64,000 bases of DNA from Candidatus Eiseniibacteriota bacterium (lineage in GTDB: Bacteria > Eisenbacteria > RBG-16-71-46): NCBI GenBank assembly GCA_963744995.1, contig CAVUWA010000011.1:1-64000 (forward strand). The letters are read 5' to 3'. The position numbers were made by a program, and so were the translations under genes. Each line of letters begins with the position of its first letter. Within the stretch, counting starts at the first letter, position 1. The notes under the pieces are model-generated. The model was not told where the DNA came from. It saw only the letters and a program-made list of their open reading frames with translations, and ran no database searches. Positions 57,722 to 64,000 of the stretch are shown piece by piece.

Positions 57722-59038
57722 TCAATGCCGGCGATATCGCGCCAGCAATGCGTCGACCGCGGCGGTCACGGTCCGGCGCGGGAACACGGCATTCGCGTCC
57801 GCGCCGCCTTCGAGGAGGTGACGGATCACGCCCAGGTAGTCGCGGCCGGTGAAGCCGGAGTTCTCGACGGCGTACACCGCGGTGTCGAGCACGGTGCCGC
57901 CGAAGCCGTTCTTCCGCTCGAGCTGCGCGCCCCGCGCCACCAGCAGGCGGACGGTGTCCGCCCGCCCCTGCCACGCGGCGTGGTGGATCGCCGTCCCGCC
58001 CCAGTCGCCGACGGTCTCGATGTCGAATCCGGCGTCGAGCAGGCCCTCGACGCCACGGGTGTTGCCGTCGGCCGCCACCTGGACGATCGTCAGGCGGTCC
58101 AGGTGCGAGAGTCGGGCGGGCAGGCCGGGGTCGGCGTCCCGCAGCGCCTTCGCCGCGGCGCCGTCGCCGGCTGCACAGCGCGCGATGAACGCGCTCACCG
58201 GATCGAGCGTCACGTCGGCGCCGTGGCGCTCGAACAGCGCCGTCACGTCCGTGCGCCCGAGCCGGGCCGCCAGCGCGTACGCCGAGAGTCCGCCGTGCAT
58301 GCTCACGTCCGGGTTCGCGCCGCGCGCGAGGAGCCGCTCGAAGAACGCCGTCGCCCGCGAGCGCAGCAGCGCCTGATGGAGCGCCGCCTTGCCGTAGGGC
58401 GCCGTGTGGTTCGGGTCCGCCCCGGCGTCGAGCAGCTGCTCCATGCCGGCGAGGTCGTCCCAGTCGAGCCGGTGGAGCAGCGCGGTCGCGCCGCCGTCGG
58501 CGCCGAGTCCGTGCTCGAACAGCATGAGCGCGCACTCGAGATCGTCCCGCTCGACCGCGTGGTAGGGCGACTCGCCGTCGTTGGGATCGGCGCCCGCATC
58601 GAGCAGCATCTTCGTGAGCGGCGCGTCATGCGCGATCCCGCACGCGCCATAGAGCGCGCTTTCGCGGCCGTGGTCCGCTTCCGGCGGATCGATCCAGAAC
58701 GCGTTGGGGTCCGCGCCCGCATCGAGCAGGCGCCTCGCGCATTCGCGCATGGCCGGACGGCGTTCGGGGTCGTCGCGCAGGAAGCGCGAGAACGTCAGAT
58801 AGAGGAGCGGCGCCCAGTCGCGCGGTCCGTCCTTCCCGGTCGCGCACGCGGGGTCTTCGGCGAGGAAGGCGTCCAGCGCCGCCACGTCACCGCTGAGCGC
58901 CGCGGCCCACGCCGCTGCACGCGGCAGGTCCGGATGCCCGCTCAGCAGCTCGCGCGCGCGGTCCAGGTCCCCGTCACGGTGGGTGGCGGGCACGACGGCG
59001 GCCTCGGCGAAGGCGCGGAGAACGGCGGCATCGCTCAT
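57722..59038 (-). CDS. Ankyrin-repeat protein
   Basis: Repeated LLDAGADPN, G.TA(I/L)HHAA, G.SAY.LA motifs. Confidence 0.9.
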   Translation of the reverse strand: MSDAAVLRAFAEAAVVPATHRDGDLDRARELLSGHPDLPRAAAWAAALSGDVAALDAFLAEDPACATGKDGPRDWAPLLYLTFSRFLRDDPERRPAMRECARRLLDAGADPNAFWIDPPEADHGRESALYGACGIAHDAPLTKMLLDAGADPNDGESPYHAVERDDLECALMLFEHGLGADGGATALLHRLDWDDLAGMEQLLDAGADPNHTAPYGKAALHQALLRSRATAFFERLLARGANPDVSMHGGLSAYALAARLGRTDVTALFERHGADVTLDPVSAFIARCAAGDGAAAKALRDADPGLPARLSHLDRLTIVQVAADGNTRGVEGLLDAGFDIETVGDWGGTAIHHAAWQGRADTVRLLVARGAQLERKNGFGGTVLDTAVYAVENSGFTGRDYLGVIRHLLEGGADANAVFPRRTVTAAVDALLARYRRH

Positions 59039-59136
59039 GGCCCGGCAGGGTACGCGACGGCGCCGCTTCGATTCACGCGGCCGGCGACCGGAGCCGGGAC
59101 ACGGGGCACGAGCGCGGCGGGTGCGCCGCACCCGCT

Positions 59137-60603
59137 TCAGGCGGCCAGCAGCTCGCCGACGTCCACCACGTGCTCCTCGGGCCGGAGCACCCGAACGACG
59201 CGCTCGGAATCCGGCATCGGATTCCAGGTCTCGGCGCTCTCTTCGGGCTCGAGCGTGCCGTCGGGACGGACCAGCACGCGGCAGTACGGACGCCGCGGGT
59301 CCTGATGGTTCGGGCTCAGCGCCAGCACGACGTAGCCCGATTCGGTCTGCAGCATCGAGCCCGCCGGGTAGAGCCCGACCGCGCGCGCCAGCGCCCACAG
59401 CACGGCCGGGTCGAACGAGACGCGCGACGGCCCCATCATGTACTGCAGGGCTTCGAACGACGAGCGCGGCCGCTTGTGATAGGCGCGGTGCGCGGTGATC
59501 GCGTCGAAGCAGTCGGCGACCGCCACGATGCGCGACAGCGTCGCCTGGCCCCAGTCGGCGTCGATCTCGGGATAGCCGGTGCGGTCGAAATTCATGTGGT
59601 GCTCGAGACAGACGCGCATCGAGTCGATCGCGAGCGGCGAGAGCCCCGGCATCCGCGTCAGCATGCGCACGCCTTCGAGCGGGTGCCGGCGCATGAGCCG
59701 CCATTCTTCCGACGTGAGCGCCGCGGGCTTCTGCAGCACGTCGGCCGGCACGGCGATCTTGCCCATGTCGTGGAGCAGCGCCGATACGCCGAGGTCGGCG
59801 AGGGTCTGGCGCGACAGCCCCAGCACCTGCCCCATGCCCACCGACATCACGCTCACGTTCACGCAGTGCGCGTAGGTGTACTCGTCGTGATCCTTGAGCG
59901 CCGTGAGCCCCACGATCGAGTACTCGTGGCGCATGATGCTGTCGACCACCGGCTGCACGAGACGCTTCGCGTGACGCAGGTCGGGGCGGCCGTTCTGCTG
60001 CGCACGCAGCAGGATCTTCTTGGTGCCGAGCACCGCCCGCCAGAACACGCGCTTCGCGCGACCGCGTTCGGTGGACTGGTCGTTCCGCTCGTCGAGCTGC
60101 CTGGTGAGGTCGTCTTCGTCCAGTTCCACGGCCGGCACCGGCACGACGTGCTCGATGCTCGCCTCGCGGACCATTTCCGGCAGCCGCTCGGCCATCGCCG
60201 GGTCCTCGGCGCCGAGGAACAGCTGGAAGAAGCGCTCGAGCTCGGGCGCCGACAGCCCCGGCAGGAACCGCACCCCGCCGAGCGAGCGGCGCTCGAACTC
60301 CGCCATCAGCGTGTGATAGACGGCGAGCAGCTGCTTCTGCGCGCGGACCCGCACGCCGTTCAGATAGAAGTAGTCGGCCACCGCGACCAGCGCGACTTCG
60401 TCCTCGTCCTCGTCGTAGATCTTCTGGAACGTGGCGAGGCAGTCGATGAGCTGGCGCTGAAACGCCTGGTTCGTGATGTCGTAGGTGCGCGCGGTCCTCA
60501 GCAGTGCCGTCAGACGGATCAGCAGCGCCGCGCCGAGCGCGCCGATCGTCTCGCTGTTGTCGCCTTCGCCCGAGGCGCTTCTGGGACGCGGGGCTTCAGT
60601 CAC
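59137..60603 (-). CDS. HD-GYP domain phosphodiesterase with uncharacterised N-terminal domain
   Basis: HDEYTYAHCVNV, LLHDMGK, HHMNFDRTGYP, VAVADCFDAIT..RAY. Confidence 0.9.
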   Translation of the reverse strand: MTEAPRPRSASGEGDNSETIGALGAALLIRLTALLRTARTYDITNQAFQRQLIDCLATFQKIYDEDEDEVALVAVADYFYLNGVRVRAQKQLLAVYHTLMAEFERRSLGGVRFLPGLSAPELERFFQLFLGAEDPAMAERLPEMVREASIEHVVPVPAVELDEDDLTRQLDERNDQSTERGRAKRVFWRAVLGTKKILLRAQQNGRPDLRHAKRLVQPVVDSIMRHEYSIVGLTALKDHDEYTYAHCVNVSVMSVGMGQVLGLSRQTLADLGVSALLHDMGKIAVPADVLQKPAALTSEEWRLMRRHPLEGVRMLTRMPGLSPLAIDSMRVCLEHHMNFDRTGYPEIDADWGQATLSRIVAVADCFDAITAHRAYHKRPRSSFEALQYMMGPSRVSFDPAVLWALARAVGLYPAGSMLQTESGYVVLALSPNHQDPRRPYCRVLVRPDGTLEPEESAETWNPMPDSERVVRVLRPEEHVVDVGELLAA

Positions 60604-62338
60604 GGGCGTTCCATCCGCCGAGGGCGTCGACGCAGGCCTTCTTCACGGGGCTGCGGCGCGACTCCGCGCCGCGTTCCAGGATCGCGCGCGCGAGCGGCGT
60701 CCCGATGCGCGCGACGATCCGGGCGAGGGCCTGCCGATGCGCCTCCTGCGCACGCGAGAACCAGCTCGTGCGGTGCAGGTCGGCTTCGATCTCGGGGAGC
60801 ACTTCGTCGCCGCCGGTGCTGGACAGCGCCGAATAGATCGCCCGCTTCTCCTCGGTCGAGCGCTGCTCGAAGCCGGGATCCTGCATCATCGCGAGCAGCA
60901 TGCGCGCGGTGAACGCATCGCGCTCGACCGACAGCTGATGCAGCACCGCCGAGAACATGCGGGCATCGGACGTGTCGAGCAGCCTGAGCAGCAGCGGGCG
61001 CGCGAGACGGAAATCCACCTGGCCGAGCGCGGCCACGACTTCGTGGCGCACGCGCACGTCGGGATGCCGCAGCACGCTCTCCAGCAGGCCGACGATGCCG
61101 TTGCCGCCGATCCAGCCGAGGATGTACACGGTGTTGCGCACCACGTACCAGCGCGGATCCGACATGTGCGGCGCCAGCCGTTCCGGGTTGTCGTGGCACA
61201 GTTCGGCCACGGCCTCGGCGAGCATGCGCCGGTTGCGCCGGTTCTGACTCTCGGCGAGCAGCAGCATCAGCCAGTCGACCGCCGCGTCGCCGAGCCCGCG
61301 CGCGAAGCCGATCATGTCGACGACCGACGAGGCGTCCATCTGGTCCATCCGCTCGACGGTGCCCGACACCGAGATCGGCTGCTGCAGCTCCTGCACGAAG
61401 TTCGAGGCGTTCCAGGCGCCCGCGTCGCATTCCTTGAGCAGGTAGGCGGCTTCGCGCGCTTCGAGCCAGCTGGCGTGGGCGACGGCCTGGCGCAGCACGC
61501 GCGGCAGGAACGCGCCGATCTCGCGGCGGTCTTCGTCGGTGAGCTCGCTGGCAAGCACCGCGTTCGCGATCGCCAGCATCGCAGTCACCGGCGTGACCGC
61601 GTGCTCGGCATGGTACTCGTCGTGGAAGCGCGCGACCTCGCCCGGTGCGAGCTCGTCGAGTTCGGCGAAACCTGCCTCGATCTCCACGGTCTGATCGCCG
61701 ACCGTCCAGTCGTCGGAACGGCCGGTGGTCGGCTCGTCCGGCTCGGCGTCCTCTTCCCCGGTCGCGCCTCCCTCCTGCGTCTCTTCCTCGCCGCCCGCAG
61801 TCGGCCACGGCACCAGCTCACCCGACTCCTGGCCGGCGGCGCCGCCGAGGTCGCCCTCCGACGGCACGTAGTCGATCTCGATGTGCTGGAGGTTCGCCTC
61901 CCAGAGCAGGGTGACCAGGTCGTCGTCGCTTTCGCGCACGCCGGTGACCCGCAGCAGCCCGTCGATCAGCGCGCCCAGCTCGCGGCCGTCGATGCCGCGC
62001 TCGAAGGTGATCGCGCGGATGCCGTCCTGGTAGAACGGCAGCGCGAAGTTGTCATCGCGCGAGCGCGCCGGATAGAGCGACACGTCCTCGTAGAACACGT
62101 CCTCCGACGTGAACCGGTAGCGCAGGGAGGACTGCTCTTGGAGCAGTTTGCGCAGCGACGAGCCCAGATCCTCGCGAAAGCGGATCACCGTGGGATTGTT
62201 CTGGTCGTAGAGACGGCAGGTCTTGAGCGTTCGCGCGAACTGATTCAGCCACGCGGAGGCCGCCTTGACGGACACGTCCTGGTCGGGCGCGCTGCCGTCC
62301 TGGGGCACGTCCTGTGTCGGCTGAATGGGATCGTTCAT
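60596..62338 (-). CDS. HEAT-repeat protein overlapping the HD-GYP gene
   Basis: DPRWYVVRN..ILG.IG, HPDVRVRHEVVAALG repeats; start set at MNDPIQ. Confidence 0.8.
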   Translation of the reverse strand: MNDPIQPTQDVPQDGSAPDQDVSVKAASAWLNQFARTLKTCRLYDQNNPTVIRFREDLGSSLRKLLQEQSSLRYRFTSEDVFYEDVSLYPARSRDDNFALPFYQDGIRAITFERGIDGRELGALIDGLLRVTGVRESDDDLVTLLWEANLQHIEIDYVPSEGDLGGAAGQESGELVPWPTAGGEEETQEGGATGEEDAEPDEPTTGRSDDWTVGDQTVEIEAGFAELDELAPGEVARFHDEYHAEHAVTPVTAMLAIANAVLASELTDEDRREIGAFLPRVLRQAVAHASWLEAREAAYLLKECDAGAWNASNFVQELQQPISVSGTVERMDQMDASSVVDMIGFARGLGDAAVDWLMLLLAESQNRRNRRMLAEAVAELCHDNPERLAPHMSDPRWYVVRNTVYILGWIGGNGIVGLLESVLRHPDVRVRHEVVAALGQVDFRLARPLLLRLLDTSDARMFSAVLHQLSVERDAFTARMLLAMMQDPGFEQRSTEEKRAIYSALSSTGGDEVLPEIEADLHRTSWFSRAQEAHRQALARIVARIGTPLARAILERGAESRRSPVKKACVDALGGWNARD

Positions 62339-62704
62339 GGATGAGGTCGGCGCTGTCGACGGAACCGGATGCCGATGGCATGCGACGCGCGCATGCCGCG
62401 ACGCCCCGCGTCCGGGGCGTCCATGGACCGGCCTTTCCCGGTATCGGCGTGGCGGCCGATTCCCTTGAACCGCAATCGCACGGCCGGCGCGGTTCGCGGC
62501 GCCGAATACGGTGCGGCGGGGCCGCCGGGCGCGGCGCGTGACCGGCGCCGGAGACCGCGCCCGAGACCGGGTCGCGAGGCGGCCCGGCGTAGCGCGCGGA
62601 TCGAAACGGAGCGGCGAACCCGTCCCGGGCGGCTCGCACTGACAATCTGTCCGTGGTGGAACTCCACAACCCTTTCGCGGGTATGGCGTTTCGTCTCCGG
62701 CTCG

Positions 62705-62720
62705 TGGCACGTCCATTGCG
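62705..62720 (+). promoter_or_regulatory. Near-consensus sigma-54 promoter
   Basis: TGGCACGTCCATTGCG matches TGGCACG-N4-TTGC. Confidence 0.75.
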
Positions 62721-62777
62721 GTCGCAACGGCCCCTGTGGCGTCACAACCTGTAACTCCATTGAAGAGCGAGGATTTC

Positions 62778-63731
62778 GTGTCCGAGCCGGCTCTTGCAGA
62801 CGGACCGCGCCCGGCGATATCGGTCGTTCAGCCGCCCAAAACCGTGCAGAAAGCACGAACGGGCCCGAGGGCCGACTGGGTCGCGCTCGCGCTGCTCGTC
62901 GCGGTCCCCCTCGCCCTGACCGTCTGGGGCCGGGCGTACTACGGCGCTCCGGTCGAGGCGCGGGTGCGCAACGGCCTGCATCCCCTGTTGCGCTCCTCGG
63001 GGCTGGTCGGTCAGAGCCTCGGGCTCGCGGGCCTCGCGATGTTCCTGTTCATGTGGCTCTACCCGATCCGCAAGAGCGTGCGCGCCTTCGCACGGCTCGG
63101 CTCGCTGGCCGCCTGGCTGCGCATTCACGTCGTCATCGGGCTCGCGCTGCCGGTCGTCGTGGCGGTCCACGCCGGCTGGCGTTTCAACGGTCTCGTCGGC
63201 CTCGGCTACCTGTCCATGGTCATCGTGTGCGCGAGCGGCATCATCGGCCGTTACCTCTACGCCAGCATGCCGCGGCGCCGCGACGGTCTCGACATGTCGC
63301 GCGAGGAAGTCGTGAACCGCCGCCGCACGCTCGTGACGGAGATCGCCGCGCATCTGGACCTGACGCCGCTCGAGGTCGAGCACGCGCTCGAGTCGATCCA
63401 GCGCCCCGAGCCCGCGAAGGGCCTCGCCGGCTCGGTGCGCCGCCTCCTGACCGACGGCTTCATGCGCGCCCGCGCGTTGCGCCGGCTGCGGACGACGTGG
63501 CTCGCGCCGCGTGCCGGCCGCGCCGCGCTCGACCGCAGAACGCTCGATCAGGCCATGGCGCTCGCCAGTCAGGAGATCCGCTTCGGCCAGCAGCTGCAGA
63601 TGCTCGCATTCACGCAGCGCATCTTCCACTACTGGCACGTCGCCCACCGCCCGTTCGCGATCACCGCGCTCGTCGCGGTGCTCGTGCACGTCGCGGTCGC
63701 GTACTTCACGGGCGCGACCTTCCTCGGCTGA
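62778..63731 (+). CDS. Polytopic membrane protein with conserved His residues (ferric-reductase/cytochrome b-like)
   Basis: GAGGA RBS before GTG; YPIRK, WLRIHVVIG..VHAG, SGIIGRYLY, YWHVAHRPF..VHV. Confidence 0.7.
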   Translation: MSEPALADGPRPAISVVQPPKTVQKARTGPRADWVALALLVAVPLALTVWGRAYYGAPVEARVRNGLHPLLRSSGLVGQSLGLAGLAMFLFMWLYPIRKSVRAFARLGSLAAWLRIHVVIGLALPVVVAVHAGWRFNGLVGLGYLSMVIVCASGIIGRYLYASMPRRRDGLDMSREEVVNRRRTLVTEIAAHLDLTPLEVEHALESIQRPEPAKGLAGSVRRLLTDGFMRARALRRLRTTWLAPRAGRAALDRRTLDQAMALASQEIRFGQQLQMLAFTQRIFHYWHVAHRPFAITALVAVLVHVAVAYFTGATFLG

Positions 63732-63732
63732 C

Positions 63733-64000
63733 ATGCTGATCTCGATTGCGGCCTTCGTGCTGATCACCGCGATCAGCGTCTGGTTGCACGTGCGCGCGGG
63801 GACCCCGGGTCCGAAGTCCGCGGCCGGCCCCGCGTGCCCGCGTTGCCGCACGCCGCTGCCGCCCGGGGCCGACGCGTGCCCGGCGTGCGGCGTGCCGCTG
63901 CAGGCGCTCGAGCTGGTGGCCGCACCGATCGCGGACGAGCCGGAACCGGCCGCGGCGGCCGACGCCACCGCGCCGCAGGCGATGCACGCGATGGTCCGCG
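63733..64000 (+). CDS. Membrane-anchored zinc-ribbon protein, truncated by the window end (possibly continuing into a ferredoxin/oxidoreductase)
   Basis: ATG 1 bp after the previous stop; N-terminal TM; CPRC-x10-CPAC; frame open to the end of the window. Confidence 0.6.
   Translation, partial: MLISIAAFVLITAISVWLHVRAGTPGPKSAAGPACPRCRTPLPPGADACPACGVPLQALELVAAPIADEPEPAAAADATAPQAMHAMVR

Noticed and set aside
62377..62397. GGCATGCG..CGCATGCC as a sigma-54 promoter for the HEAT gene
   Set aside because: GG-N10-GC spacing fits only on the strand pointing away from the gene and the -12 context is poor; probably just an inverted repeat.
35..63987. Many long Arg/Ala/Pro-rich alternative-frame and antisense ORFs (e.g. 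7906-11679, 38722-42999, 17108-19858)
   Set aside because: Expected from stop-codon scarcity at ~70% GC; no motifs, and each overlaps a well-supported gene.

Overview
A very GC-rich (roughly 70%) bacterial window. Nine secreted proteins end in a T9SS/FlgD-Ig-like C-terminal domain (CTD), which points to an FCB-group candidate lineage such as Eisenbacteria or Krumholzibacteriota (inference). About half the window encodes surface proteins: five paralogues built from a ~55-aa 'DGAGG..W.D.R..DIYAQR..G..QW..NGV.VC' repeat, always in multiples of eight (16, 16, 8, 8, 8); a 6-unit beta-helix protein carrying a dockerin next to a three-cohesin mini-scaffoldin; a Gly-rich PGRS-like protein; a CHRD protein; and a large uncharacterised CTD protein. 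Other loci: a membrane Ser/Thr kinase co-oriented with two outer-membrane barrels that share its helical module; a type IIIA H+-ATPase overlapping a multiheme cytochrome c; an ABC/M1-aminopeptidase pair; AtuA; an S41 peptidase; SPFH plus an unlisted 55-aa RHH regulator with a visible 3-box operator; hemS plus a DtxR-family regulator with a DtxR-type box; a circularly permuted cupredoxin lipoprotein; a HEAT/HD-GYP pair; and several sigma-54-type promoters. Eight single-base frameshifts in three otherwise intact genes look like long-read assembly errors. No CRISPR array, tRNA/rRNA or transposase was recognised.
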